A stretch of 64,000 nucleotides of DNA from NCBI GenBank assembly GCA_017635465.1, contig JAGBLL010000110.1, positions 4,908 through 68,907 of the forward strand, read 5' to 3'. Source of the DNA: Bacilli bacterium (lineage in GTDB: Bacteria > Bacillota_I > Bacilli_A > RFN20 > CAG-826). Position 1 is the first letter of the stretch. Every line of letters begins with the position of its first letter. The position numbers and the translations under genes were made by a program. Shown piece after piece: positions 1 through 10,215 of the stretch. Under the pieces are notes generated by a model. The model did not search any database, was not told where the DNA came from, and was given only the letters and a program-made list of their open reading frames with translations.

Positions 1-860
1 CAAGAAAAGGTTTTGAGCAAGGCCTTAGAGACGGCGGCCTTACAAATTTCAAAATCGATTACCGCAATGCTGGTGGTAACGATGCAGACTTAAACACCTT
101 AGCGAAAAACCTAATCGACTCCAGTGCTTTAACATTAGGTATTGGCACAGGTGCCGCTAAAGCATTACAAGGTGCAGAAGTTAATGCTGGTTTAACTAAA
201 CCATTATTGTTCACTGCGGTTACTGATCCAGTTAGTGCTGGTTTAGTCAAGAGTGCGGATAATCCAGAAGGTTATGTCTGTGGTACAACAGATGCTAACC
301 CAGTGGAAGCACAAATCGCCTTAGTTAAAGAATTTAAAAAAGATGCCGCGAAAGTCGGTATCATGTATACACAAACAGAAGAAAACTCCAAAGTTCAATC
401 TGATCAAGCCGAAGCTGCTATTAAAGCCGCTGGTATGGCAAGTGATGTCAAAACATGTTCTAACTCCAGTGATATTAAAGCAACTGCTGAAGCTTTAGTT
501 GCTGATAAAGTTGACGCTATCTATGTTCCAACAGATAACAACATTGCCGCTAATATGAATGCTGTTAAAGAAGCAGTCAAAGGCAAAAACATCTTAGTTG
601 TTGCTGGTGAAGAAAACATCTTAGCGGAAGGTGGTCATGTCACATTATCAATCGATTACTTCCAATTAGGCTTATCTACTGGTAAGATGGCTGCTCAAAT
701 TCTTAAAAATGAAAAGAAAGCGACAGATTTCAAAGTTGAACCAGTTCCTGCAAGTGATTGTTCATACGTTTTCTCTTCAAAGAATTTAGAAGATGCTGGC
801 TTAACAATGCCAGAAGAAATGAAATCTGCTCATACATGGAAAGATACTGCTGCTAAATAA
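1..860 (+). CDS. ABC transporter substrate-binding protein (COG2984/BMP-like), 5' end outside window
   Basis: The frame of the 207..860 ORF stays open back to nt 3 (RKGFEQGLRDGG...). It is followed by the cognate permease and ATPase genes. Family call is by recall of COG2984-type binding proteins. Confidence 0.7.
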   Translation, partial: RKGFEQGLRDGGLTNFKIDYRNAGGNDADLNTLAKNLIDSSALTLGIGTGAAKALQGAEVNAGLTKPLLFTAVTDPVSAGLVKSADNPEGYVCGTTDANPVEAQIALVKEFKKDAAKVGIMYTQTEENSKVQSDQAEAAIKAAGMASDVKTCSNSSDIKATAEALVADKVDAIYVPTDNNIAANMNAVKEAVKGKNILVVAGEENILAEGGHVTLSIDYFQLGLSTGKMAAQILKNEKKATDFKVEPVPASDCSYVFSSKNLEDAGLTMPEEMKSAHTWKDTAAK

Positions 861-863
861 TTT

Positions 864-1823
864 ATGGATTTCCTTAATGTAATTTTCAACATCTTAACGA
901 GTGCATTACCCTGTTGCTTATTAGCAATCGGGGTTTTCCTCACTTTTAGATTATTAAACTTCGCTGATATGACCGCTGAAGGAAGTTTCCTTTTAGGTGC
1001 AGCTTTAACCGCTGCATGTATCTATAACGGATTAAATGCTTTCTTAGCGACAATACTTGGCATGTGTGTTGGTGTCTTGTGTGGTATCTTAACAGGTGTA
1101 TTAAATAGAGTATTAAAAATACCTAAGTTATTAAGTGGCATTATTACTCTTACCGCATCCGCTTCTATTGCATTATTAATCATGGGTATTACTAAACCTG
1201 GTGATTTATTTGCCACTCAAATTCCTTTGGCATCTTCATTAGCTAAAGGCAGCAAAATACAAACAATTTATTCGACTTTCTATCCTTGGAATGAATTCAA
1301 TCGATTAGTGGAAGTTATCGTGATGGCAGCGATTGTCTTAATCGTTATCGTTGGCGTCTATTACTTCTTTGGTACTGAGTATGGTATGGCTATTAGAGCT
1401 ACTGGTATGAATGAAAAGATGGCTTCAAGCCAAGGCATTAACACTACAGTGGCCACAATTGCATGTATTGCCATATCGAATGGTCTTATCGCCTTAGCGG
1501 GCGCACTATATGTGCAGGATGCTTTATCAGTTTCTACAGTTAGCGCAACTGGTTATTTAGTTATTGGCTTATCCAGTATCTTAATTGGTGAAGCTATATT
1601 TGGTAAAAGATCATTTAAGAACTGGCTTATTTCAGTCGCGTTAGGCGCAGTTTTATACTTCACAATCATTACCGTGGCGATTAAATTAGGATTAAAGACT
1701 GAATTCAAGAGTCTCCTATACGCTGTGTTAATTACTATTGCCTTATGCATTCCTTTAATGAAGCAAGGCTTTAAATCTTTATTCAAAAAGAAAGAGAGGG
1801 AAGATAATCATGCTAGAGCTTAG
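864..1823 (+). CDS. ABC transporter permease (COG4120-type)
   Basis: 319-aa polytopic membrane protein. Starts 4 nt after the binding-protein stop and overlaps the ATPase gene start. Confidence 0.8.
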   Translation: MDFLNVIFNILTSALPCCLLAIGVFLTFRLLNFADMTAEGSFLLGAALTAACIYNGLNAFLATILGMCVGVLCGILTGVLNRVLKIPKLLSGIITLTASASIALLIMGITKPGDLFATQIPLASSLAKGSKIQTIYSTFYPWNEFNRLVEVIVMAAIVLIVIVGVYYFFGTEYGMAIRATGMNEKMASSQGINTTVATIACIAISNGLIALAGALYVQDALSVSTVSATGYLVIGLSSILIGEAIFGKRSFKNWLISVALGAVLYFTIITVAIKLGLKTEFKSLLYAVLITIALCIPLMKQGFKSLFKKKEREDNHARA

Positions 1824-2823
1824 AAACGTGACAAAATCTTTCAATCTCACTGGCGCTAAAGAAGATTTAAGAGTGGCCTTAGACCATATTAATTTACAAA
1901 TCGAAAGTGGTGAATTTGTCACCATCATCGGTGGTAATGGCTCTGGTAAGAGTACAACAATGAATATTTTAACTGGTGTTTTAAAGCCAGATAGTGGACA
2001 AGTCCTATTAAATAATGTTGATGTCACTAATATGAATGAGCATCAACGTGCAGCCTATTTTGGTCATGTATTCCAAGATCCAATGATGGGCACATCAGGC
2101 GATATGTCTGTTTTAGAAAACTTAGAAATCGCTTATCGTCGTGGTAGAAAACATTCTCCGTTCCTCTGGGGCTTTAAAAAATCTCATAAAGAAGAATTCA
2201 TTCGTGAATTAAAACGCTTCGATTTAGGCTTAGAAGATCGTCTAAATCAAAAAGTCGGTGTCATGAGTGGTGGCCAAAGACAAGCATTAACTTTATTAAT
2301 GGCCACAATGCGTAATAAACCAACTCATAAAACAGTTAAGAAAGACTATATTACTTTCTCTGAAAAAGACCATGATGTCGCTAGAAAAGAATTTGAAAGC
2401 GTTTATAAACCCGCTTTAACGGAATTCAAAAAGAAAAAACACGAAATAAGAAATAATAAATCTTTATCTTATAAAGAAAAGAGGAACGCGATTGCGGAAG
2501 CTTATGAAGAATTTGATAAGAAAGTTCGTCAATTTGACTTAACAAAACAAATCCTTCTTTTAGATGAACATACCGCTGCGCTTGATCCAAAGACTGCTAA
2601 CAAAGTCTTAGAATTAACCGATAAAATCGTGAAAGAAAACCAAATGACAACATTAATGATTACGCATAATATGAGAGATGCTATTAAATATGGTAATCGT
2701 CTCATAATGTTCCATACTGGTCATATTATTTTTGATGTCAGTGGTGAAGAAAAAGCTAAACTAACTGTTGAAGACTTACTTAAAAAGTTTGATGAAGCCG
2801 ATAAAAAAGCAGTAGAGATGTAA
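1810..2823 (+). CDS. ABC transporter ATP-binding protein (COG1101-type) with a large internal insertion
   Basis: Walker A GGNGSGKST, signature SGGQRQ (2265-2279), Walker B ILLLDEH (2551-2571). About 80 codons of Lys/Glu-rich sequence separate the signature and Walker B. Confidence 0.85.
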   Translation: MLELRNVTKSFNLTGAKEDLRVALDHINLQIESGEFVTIIGGNGSGKSTTMNILTGVLKPDSGQVLLNNVDVTNMNEHQRAAYFGHVFQDPMMGTSGDMSVLENLEIAYRRGRKHSPFLWGFKKSHKEEFIRELKRFDLGLEDRLNQKVGVMSGGQRQALTLLMATMRNKPTHKTVKKDYITFSEKDHDVARKEFESVYKPALTEFKKKKHEIRNNKSLSYKEKRNAIAEAYEEFDKKVRQFDLTKQILLLDEHTAALDPKTANKVLELTDKIVKENQMTTLMITHNMRDAIKYGNRLIMFHTGHIIFDVSGEEKAKLTVEDLLKKFDEADKKAVEM

Positions 2824-2911
2824 CAATCCCCTATGTTACACGTGTACTATTTTAGGCATATGCGCGTGCTTTTCTAGACATGAGTGTTTTTTCAGTTATA
2901 ATAACTATGTT

Positions 2912-3766
2912 ATGAAAATCGCAATCTCAGTAGAGTCCACTGTTGACCTCTCAAAAGAATTAATTAAACAGTACAATCTTGAAATGATTCCATTCACCGT
3001 CTTATTAGGCGAAGATGCCTATTTTGATGGTGATATCACTTCACAAGATATCTTCGATTTCGTTAGTGAAAAGAAGATTCTTCCTCGCACAAGTGCGATT
3101 AACGATTTCCAATATCGTGAATACTTTGATGGCTTATTAGCGAAAGGATATGAGGCTATTATTCATATCTCATTAAGCTCTGAAATCTCATCATCATTTG
3201 CTCACGCTGAATCAGTTGCCACAAAATATGATAACGTTTATGTCATCGATTCTAGAAGCTTATCAACCGGCATTGCTCTTCAAGCAATCTATGCTTGTAA
3301 ATTAAGAGATAAAGGTTTAGCGCCAGAAAAGATTGTTGAGAAAGTTAAAGCACGTATCCCTTATGTTCAAGCAAGTTTCGTTATTCAAACGCTTGAATAT
3401 TTACATAAAGGTGGTAGATGTTCTGGATTATTAAGATTTGGAGCAACCATCTTAAGAATCAAACCACAAATCATTGTTAGTGATGGTAAAATGGCGCCTG
3501 CTAAAAAATATATCGGCCGTAAGACACAAGTTATTGCCGGATATTGTAAAGACACATTAGAACAATTTGCTAACCCAGACTTATCAGTGGCATTTGTCAC
3601 TCATACACAAGCAACTCCAGAAATGGTTGCGGTGGCAATTGAAGCATTAAAGAATCGTGGGTTCAAAACCATTTATGAAACAACTGCAGGGGCAACAATT
3701 ACTAGCCACTGTGGTCCACAAACATTGGGTATCCTCTTCATTAATGATGGAGGAACAGACGACTAA
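2912..3766 (+). CDS. DegV family fatty-acid-binding protein
   Basis: 284 aa. Typical DegV N-terminus (MKIAI..DSTVDL) and length. Confidence 0.88.
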   Translation: MKIAISVESTVDLSKELIKQYNLEMIPFTVLLGEDAYFDGDITSQDIFDFVSEKKILPRTSAINDFQYREYFDGLLAKGYEAIIHISLSSEISSSFAHAESVATKYDNVYVIDSRSLSTGIALQAIYACKLRDKGLAPEKIVEKVKARIPYVQASFVIQTLEYLHKGGRCSGLLRFGATILRIKPQIIVSDGKMAPAKKYIGRKTQVIAGYCKDTLEQFANPDLSVAFVTHTQATPEMVAVAIEALKNRGFKTIYETTAGATITSHCGPQTLGILFINDGGTDD

Positions 3767-3796
3767 AAAACTGGCAACTTCAAACCGCCAGTTTTC
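3766..3796. terminator. bidirectional intrinsic terminator between convergent genes
   Basis: Stem aaaaactggc / gccagtttt flanked by an A-run and a T-run. Confidence 0.6.
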
Positions 3797-3798
3797 TT

Positions 3799-4410
3799 TT
3801 ACTTCTTTTTACTTCTTCTAAATAAATACCAAGTTATTTCTAATATTTGAAGTGGAATAGCCACAACGAATATCAGTGGAAGTGGTAAATTCATCACCAC
3901 ATAGAATGTTAAGTATAATGATAAAGCGGTGGTCCAAACGATACCAGAAGCCGCTAACATACGTAAGAATCTATTATGATAAATAAATTCCCAAACGAGT
4001 AAGATGATCGCGGTGATTAATGTGCCGTATATAAAAGTTAACCAAGGCTTAAAAGCGTATTTATCACCAATAAATATTTGTAAGAAGAAGAAAGTTAAAA
4101 CAACAACTAACCAACCTAAACCGATAGATAAAAGTTTTAAGTATGTTTGTTTTCTTTTTCTACTTTGACTGACTTTAACAGCCTTGTGTTCACTTTGATA
4201 AAAGTCATCAACAGAAATACCATAGAAATCAGCGAGTGATTTCAAAACAAAAATATCTGGAAAGCCTTCACCTCTTTCCCATTTAGATACTGATTTATCA
4301 GAATAATTGAATTTTTCAGCGAGTTCTAATTGGGTAAGACCACTGGCTTTACGATAATAAGCGAGATTCTTTGCTAATAATTCTTGTTGGTTATTGATAT
4401 CGTTTTCCAT
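3799..4410 (-). CDS. XRE-family HTH regulator with C-terminal membrane domain
   Basis: HTH_3-like N-terminus (LAKNLAYYRKASGLTQLELAEKFNYSDKSVSKWERG) followed by about 4 TM helices. Start placed at the internal ATG 4408-4410 (MENDINN...). Confidence 0.72.
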   Translation of the reverse strand: MENDINNQQELLAKNLAYYRKASGLTQLELAEKFNYSDKSVSKWERGEGFPDIFVLKSLADFYGISVDDFYQSEHKAVKVSQSRKRKQTYLKLLSIGLGWLVVVLTFFFLQIFIGDKYAFKPWLTFIYGTLITAIILLVWEFIYHNRFLRMLAASGIVWTTALSLYLTFYVVMNLPLPLIFVVAIPLQILEITWYLFRRSKKK

Positions 4411-4475
4411 AAGCGGTTTAATTTTATTAAAAAAACAAATAAAACGCAAACTTTAAGGACAAAATGCGTTTCAAA

Positions 4476-5642
4476 TTACTCTTTTTGTTTTATGAATTGT
4501 TTTAAGAATCTGATAATACGATGATTAACTGCGAGCATAGAAAATTGTTTGCTAGCGTCAGCATTTGCTTTCTTAATCATATTGTTCTTATCTTCTTCTT
4601 TCATATTGATCGCGGCTTTAATGCCATGCAATAAATCTAAAACTTCGTTTGATTTAATCCAAACCGCGTCTTCTTCAAAATTAGGTTTAAATTGACGGTT
4701 ACGAACACTGACTAAAATTGATGGTGCCGCTAAATAATCCACTAAGCTATCTGGGACAACATAACGATCAAAGTCTTCAGAATAAGGATATGGATTAATG
4801 TTAACTATTGAATGATTCGCTAATGAAACGATTTGATCGTTTTGAATCATTCCTAAATTAATAATGTTTTTATCTTCTCCAATAATATCTTTTAATTTTT
4901 CCTCGTTAGCGTGATAACCGGAAATTACTAAAGTAATATGTGGATTATCTAATTCTTTAAAAGCTTTGATTAATTCAAAGACACCATATTTTTCATTTAA
5001 TGGTCCGTTATAGTAAATGTATTTACCATAAGTTGGTTTACGAGAAAATTTAGAAGTTTTGTCTTCCGCAACACCCTCAATTGTTAAGTTAGCTCTACTT
5101 CCTTTATTGAATAAATCATTTAAACCAGGAGTTAAAGAGATATAGCCAGATAAGTCTTTTGCTCTACCTAAAACGAATGTGGTGTATGACTTACCAGTAT
5201 TTTGAATATTGCTTGGTGTACCATGACAAACACCGATAATTGGTAAACCATATTTTTTAGCGAAGTTCGTGGAATTATTTAAAACATTTGGATTAAGTGT
5301 ATCGGTAATAATAATGCAGTCTTTAAGATTCATTTTGTTAAGAATCTTTTTGCACTGTTTAGAAATACTCCAATATCTACTAAATTTCCATTTTTTAATT
5401 TCTAAATTGTGCCAAGTAATTCTTCCTTCTTGTCTAGTGGAAGCATCTAATTTACTAAGCATACAAAACCTTCTAGAAAAAGGACGAATTGACATAACAT
5501 CAACTTCATGAGTTAACGCTAAAGAACGGATCAAACGGTTATGTAGATTTTGAATAGAAGTATTTAGTGAAGATTTCCATGATGAAGAAAAAGAAGCATA
5601 ATCTTCTTTACTTGTTGCAGTTGTAAAATAAATAATTCTCAT
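4476..5642 (-). CDS. putative glycosyltransferase (GT-B/GT4-like)
   Basis: 388 aa. MRIIYFTT N-terminus and two-lobed Rossmann-like layout. Family call is weak. Confidence 0.5.
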   Translation of the reverse strand: MRIIYFTTATSKEDYASFSSSWKSSLNTSIQNLHNRLIRSLALTHEVDVMSIRPFSRRFCMLSKLDASTRQEGRITWHNLEIKKWKFSRYWSISKQCKKILNKMNLKDCIIITDTLNPNVLNNSTNFAKKYGLPIIGVCHGTPSNIQNTGKSYTTFVLGRAKDLSGYISLTPGLNDLFNKGSRANLTIEGVAEDKTSKFSRKPTYGKYIYYNGPLNEKYGVFELIKAFKELDNPHITLVISGYHANEEKLKDIIGEDKNIINLGMIQNDQIVSLANHSIVNINPYPYSEDFDRYVVPDSLVDYLAAPSILVSVRNRQFKPNFEEDAVWIKSNEVLDLLHGIKAAINMKEEDKNNMIKKANADASKQFSMLAVNHRIIRFLKQFIKQKE

Positions 5643-5733
5643 AGTCTAATAACCTGTTTGGCCGTTTGCCAAACACGCCTATATTATACAAATTTTTACT
5701 CAAGTGATAGCATAAAAATGTTACAATCGTTGC

Positions 5734-6408
5734 ATGGACAATATTGCAAAATCTTGGAATGAGTTTTTTAAGAAGCTTCAAAATGAAGAATTCTGTATCA
5801 AATTGAATAATTTTCTTAACAAGGAATATAGTGATTACACATGCTATCCTCCTCGTAATTTATTATTCAATGCTTTTAGATTAACACCATTAGATAAAGT
5901 CAAAGTGGTGATTATTGGTCAAGACCCATATCACGAACCAAATCAAGCAATGGGTTTATCTTTCTCTGTACCAAAAGGAGTGAAGGTTCCTCCATCCTTA
6001 ATTAACATCTATAAAGAAATCGCTCAAGAATATAATTGCAAGATGGATTTCTCTAATGGCGACTTAACCTATTTAGCGAATCAAGGAGTTCTACTTTTAA
6101 ACTCAATTTTATCAGTCCGTGCTCATCAAGCTTTAAGCCATAATATTAATGAATATAAAGAGTTCTTAACTAGTGTTTTAGAATTATTAGATCATCAATC
6201 TCAACCAATGGTTTTCCTTCTCTGGGGCGGTCCAGCGAGAAAATTAAAGGGCTGTTTGCACAACCCTTCACATTTGATATTAGAATGTATCCATCCTTCT
6301 CCTTTAGCCGCGAATCATGGTGGTTGGTTCGGTAATAATCATTTCCTTAAAACCAACGAGTATTTACGTGAAAATGGACTAAAAGAGATTGCATGGTCAA
6401 ATATTTGA
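5734..6408 (+). CDS. ung: uracil-DNA glycosylase
   Basis: GQDPYH catalytic motif, HPSPL motif, 224 aa. Confidence 0.92.
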   Translation: MDNIAKSWNEFFKKLQNEEFCIKLNNFLNKEYSDYTCYPPRNLLFNAFRLTPLDKVKVVIIGQDPYHEPNQAMGLSFSVPKGVKVPPSLINIYKEIAQEYNCKMDFSNGDLTYLANQGVLLLNSILSVRAHQALSHNINEYKEFLTSVLELLDHQSQPMVFLLWGGPARKLKGCLHNPSHLILECIHPSPLAANHGGWFGNNHFLKTNEYLRENGLKEIAWSNI

Positions 6409-7464
6409 TACTTCTTTTCTCTTTTCTTCTTTGATTTTTGCTCTTTCTTTAATAAATAAGATAATCAAAGTAGTGGCCACTGCGATAGTCACTGTAATGG
6501 TAATCGCAAACCAAATCCAATAAGTAGTGTGATCTTTGTTTTTGACATATGTTCTAATAAGTCTAGCAAGACCATAAATGAATGTGGTTAATGAGATCAT
6601 TGTTAAGCCCGCGAAGAATTTTGTGTAAGAGAATTTATCTTTAATATTGCGGAATAAAGATAAAGCACCTAAGACGATTAAAGATAAACCTACAACAAAG
6701 ACAATTAATGAATCTGGATCAAAATCATAACCATATGCGCTTCCATCTTTATAATCAGCGAAACTTTGAATGTATTTAATTAAGAAAAATACGAATAAGA
6801 AAGCGCCTCCCGCCATGGTGATAATGGAGATGATTGATGGAACATAATCGTTCTTATCGGTCTTACCTTCTTTAATAATTGGTTTGTTTGTTAAGATTCT
6901 TGGAGCCATGAATTCTAAGGCCACTAAGATACCACCTGTTAAAACGATGGATGGACCAATAAATGCAATGTTATAAATGAAACAATATAAGTATGGATTC
7001 ATACTATTTAATTCCCAAGCGAAGTCCTCAGGATTTGCCCAATAAATAACACCCGCTAAATAGTGACTTAAGAATTTAGCTAAACCGCCAACAACTGCGC
7101 CAACAATTAACCAAGTTACTCTTAAACCTTTACTATTTGATTTGTCATAAAGTGGTTTGAAGAATCCGGCTACACCAACAACTGCATATGGTAAGATGTA
7201 GTCTAATAATAATTGCAATGGGTGAATAATATATGCGCCTGTAGCGACATCTAATAGACCCATAATTAAGCCAGTGGTTAAAGCAGCTAAAACGCCTCTA
7301 CGATATGCAATGATTAAAACCGCAATCATTGCAAAACCGATTGAGCCACCGTTAACGAATACGCCTTTGGAAATAATGCCTTGTAATGTGTCAAAGACGA
7401 AACCTAAAGCGGCAATGATACCAACTTCTGTAATGGTACGTACCGTGTTTGATGTGTTTTTCAT
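6397..7464 (-). CDS. thiT: thiamine ECF-transporter S component (ThiT) with about 150-aa extra C-terminal membrane domain
   Basis: The N-terminal ~200 aa align by eye with ThiT (RRG, LDY..PY..G.AG, H...G..YW). A TPP riboswitch lies upstream. SD cctcct (RC aggagg) at 7471-7476. Confidence 0.72.
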   Translation of the reverse strand: MKNTSNTVRTITEVGIIAALGFVFDTLQGIISKGVFVNGGSIGFAMIAVLIIAYRRGVLAALTTGLIMGLLDVATGAYIIHPLQLLLDYILPYAVVGVAGFFKPLYDKSNSKGLRVTWLIVGAVVGGLAKFLSHYLAGVIYWANPEDFAWELNSMNPYLYCFIYNIAFIGPSIVLTGGILVALEFMAPRILTNKPIIKEGKTDKNDYVPSIISIITMAGGAFLFVFFLIKYIQSFADYKDGSAYGYDFDPDSLIVFVVGLSLIVLGALSLFRNIKDKFSYTKFFAGLTMISLTTFIYGLARLIRTYVKNKDHTTYWIWFAITITVTIAVATTLIILFIKERAKIKEEKRKEVSNI

Positions 7465-7476
7465 AACACCCCTCCT

Positions 7477-7511
7477 AAAATAAAAACCCTCAAGTTCTAG
7501 TAATGAGGGGG
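7477..7511 (-). terminator. riboswitch expression-platform terminator
   Basis: Minus strand reads ccctca-N11-tgaggg followed by tttttatttt. Sits between the TPP aptamer and the thiT SD. Confidence 0.65.
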
Positions 7512-7530
7512 AAACGTTTAAATAAAAAAG

Positions 7531-7612
7531 TTCCCTCCGCTAGAATTACCTAGATCAGGTACGGTCGACTCCAAGAAGAGTCCTCTCAGCCGAATTTCGT
7601 TCAGCTCCCGTC
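7531..7612 (-). promoter_or_regulatory. TPP (THI-box) riboswitch aptamer
   Basis: Minus strand reads gggagc..ggctgagag..accgtacctgatctaggtaattctagcggagggaa. This matches the conserved CUGAGA and ACCUGAUCUGGAUAAUGCCAGCG.AGGGA elements. Confidence 0.88.
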
Positions 7613-7717
7613 AATAATCATATACTCTTACTTGATAAATGCAAAATGGAAATTATATAAACAATTAACATTTATAATGTTCTTATGCTATAGTTATATC
7701 AGTTTGGAGGTATCCCC

Positions 7718-8653
7718 ATGGAAGAAAAAGATATCCAGGAAAATGTGGAAGTTACTCAAGCAGATAACAAGCCATATCAAGTAAAGATTGAAGAAGCGAG
7801 AAAAACCTTATTCAGTAGTTATACAAAACAAAGAAGAATTAGTAACATCATCATGTTCGTTGTCCTCGCTGCAATCGTTGGCGTAATGTTCATGGTTATG
7901 AGCAATATCCAATGGCTTAAGATTGTTGGTTATAGCTTAGGTGGTGCGATTCTTGTGGGCATGATTTTATATTATGTTTTAACAAGAAAGAATTTCCCAA
8001 ATAAAACAAAAGAATACATCACAATGGTCTCTAATATCTTAAGAGAACAACAATTTGGTAGTAATTATTCCAATATCAAATATGACCTTGATGAAAAATT
8101 TGCAATTACTGATTTTGCTAGTGATGGTGTTTATAAAGATGCAACAAGCATCAATTCTAGAAACATCGTTAGAGCGGAATATAAAGGTCATCACGTCACC
8201 TATGGTGAAGTGGCTTTATTAAGACCATCAACAAGAAAACAACAAGTCCCACCTTTATTCGTTGGTAAATACATCACATTACCAAATGACTTAGATTTCT
8301 CTGGTCGTTTCGTAATCGTTATGAAAAATCCAAAACAACCATTTGACTTACCAAACGCTGTTGAAGATTTAACAGTTTTAGAAGAAAAAGAAGACATGGT
8401 GGTCTATGGTCCAGAAGGCGCTGATATTCATAAAACTCTTAAAGGCAGTTTCTTAACTGACCTTCGTAGAATTAGAGTTGATAACCACTTATTCAACGTT
8501 AATGTTGTTGTTTGGGGTGGTCATTCCGCTGCTTATCTAAGCTATGATGACGCTATCATGGCAATCCCATTTGATAAACCATTTGATCAACAAGCTTATG
8601 ATCAATCATTTGCTGATGTTAACGCCATTATCAAATTATTAGCAGGAGAATAA
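7718..8653 (+). CDS. hypothetical membrane protein (two N-terminal TM helices plus soluble domain)
   Basis: 311-aa ORF with SD ggagg upstream. No recognisable catalytic motif. Confidence 0.5.
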   Translation: MEEKDIQENVEVTQADNKPYQVKIEEARKTLFSSYTKQRRISNIIMFVVLAAIVGVMFMVMSNIQWLKIVGYSLGGAILVGMILYYVLTRKNFPNKTKEYITMVSNILREQQFGSNYSNIKYDLDEKFAITDFASDGVYKDATSINSRNIVRAEYKGHHVTYGEVALLRPSTRKQQVPPLFVGKYITLPNDLDFSGRFVIVMKNPKQPFDLPNAVEDLTVLEEKEDMVVYGPEGADIHKTLKGSFLTDLRRIRVDNHLFNVNVVVWGGHSAAYLSYDDAIMAIPFDKPFDQQAYDQSFADVNAIIKLLAGE

Positions 8654-8654
8654 T

Positions 8655-9185
8655 ATGTCATCCGTTGGACGTTGGTACTCGATTCGTTGTTACAAACATA
8701 ATGGTGCCTTACATCGTGTCTGGGATCGTGGTTTAGTTTTAGATAATAACGAAGACTATTTAGTCATCGCTACCAAGAAAGCCAAAGTCATCGAAGCTAA
8801 TGGTCGCTGTTGGTTTACCAAAGAACCAGCGGTCACTATCTTCTCTAAAAAAGAATGGTGGAATGTCATTTGCATGATGAAGAAAGATGGCGTTTGCTAT
8901 TACTGCAATATCGCTTCTCCAAGTATCATCGACAAAGACTCAATTAAATATATTGATTATGATTTAGACGCTAAATTGTTTCATGATAATGAAATTAGAG
9001 TCTTAGATGAGAAAGAATATCTCCACCATAAAAGCACCTATCAATATAGCGACGAATTAGATGCTGTTTTAAAAAATCAAACAAAGATCATCGTGGAAAA
9101 AATGCAAAAGCGTGAATTCCCATTTGATGATGATATGATTAACCGCTATTTTAATCAGTACTTAGAAAGTACAAAGAAAGAATAA
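8655..9185 (+). CDS. DUF402-family nucleoside tri/diphosphatase-like protein
   Basis: 176 aa. Resembles UPF0374/YgaC (Ntdp) proteins (YKHNG..HR.W, DYDLD). Confidence 0.7.
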   Translation: MSSVGRWYSIRCYKHNGALHRVWDRGLVLDNNEDYLVIATKKAKVIEANGRCWFTKEPAVTIFSKKEWWNVICMMKKDGVCYYCNIASPSIIDKDSIKYIDYDLDAKLFHDNEIRVLDEKEYLHHKSTYQYSDELDAVLKNQTKIIVEKMQKREFPFDDDMINRYFNQYLESTKKE

Positions 9186-9186
9186 A

Positions 9187-9633
9187 ATGGAACATCAAAT
9201 TATTAGTAGAAGTGCCGAAGAAACTATGAATCTTGGGCAGAAATTTGTTGCCCTTTGTAAACCTGGTTCAACATTTTGTTTAACCGGTGATTTAGGTGCA
9301 GGTAAAACCACTCTTGTGAGAGGTATTGCTAAAGCATTAAATATTAAAAGTGTTGTGCAATCTCCAACATTCAACATCATGAAAGTCTATTTCGATGGCG
9401 ATAAACCATTAATTCATATTGATGCTTATCGACTCGCGGATTTAAACACTGATATTGGTCTAGATGAATACATTGGTTATGAAACTGGTATCACCGTTAT
9501 TGAGTGGCCAGAATTCATTAAAAATCTCATCCCTGAAAACGCGATTGAAGTTAACATCACTCATGTTAAAGATGATGAAAGAAATATCAAAATAGTCAGC
9601 AATGACAAAGAGTTCATGGAGGGTTTGAAATAA
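9187..9633 (+). CDS. tsaE: tRNA t6A37 biosynthesis ATPase TsaE
   Basis: GDLGAGKTT P-loop, SPTFN motif, operon context. Confidence 0.9.
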   Translation: MEHQIISRSAEETMNLGQKFVALCKPGSTFCLTGDLGAGKTTLVRGIAKALNIKSVVQSPTFNIMKVYFDGDKPLIHIDAYRLADLNTDIGLDEYIGYETGITVIEWPEFIKNLIPENAIEVNITHVKDDERNIKIVSNDKEFMEGLK

Positions 9634-10214
9634 TGATTACAGTTTTATTAGATTCATCAAATACAAACCTCTCAGTGGGCATCGCTAGAGATAACCTTCT
9701 TTTAGATTATGTTTCTTACGAAGCTTGGCAAAGACAATCAGAATTCATGATCGTGGAATTAAATAAGCTTTTAGAAAAGCACAACATCAAAAAAGAAGAG
9801 ATTAAGGAAGTCATCGTCGCTAAAGGACCAGGCTCATATACAGGTGTCAGAATCGCTATTACAATTGCAAAAACAATTGCGGTGGCATTAGACGCTAAAT
9901 TATATGCAGTTAGTTCCTTAAGAGTGCAAAAAGATGGTGCATTTCCTTCTATCTGTGTCATAAATGCGAGAAGTAACCGTTCTTATGTCGGCGTTTATCA
10001 AGATCAAAAAATCTTACTTGATGACTGCATTATGAAAAACGATGAGGTGCTTAAATATTTACAAGATCATCCAAACTATGTTTTATGTGGCGAAGCTAAA
10101 TATTTAGGCCAAGAAGGCAAACAAACTAACAACTTACAAGAGATGTTGAATTTAAAAGATTCTTTGGAATCTATTAACCCACTCTCTTTAAAACCAGTAT
10201 ATATGAAGGATTAA
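9633..10214 (+). CDS. tsaB: tRNA t6A37 biosynthesis protein TsaB
   Basis: GPGSYTGVRI motif. Translationally coupled to tsaE and rimI. Confidence 0.85.
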   Translation: MITVLLDSSNTNLSVGIARDNLLLDYVSYEAWQRQSEFMIVELNKLLEKHNIKKEEIKEVIVAKGPGSYTGVRIAITIAKTIAVALDAKLYAVSSLRVQKDGAFPSICVINARSNRSYVGVYQDQKILLDDCIMKNDEVLKYLQDHPNYVLCGEAKYLGQEGKQTNNLQEMLNLKDSLESINPLSLKPVYMKD

Positions 10215-10215
10215 T

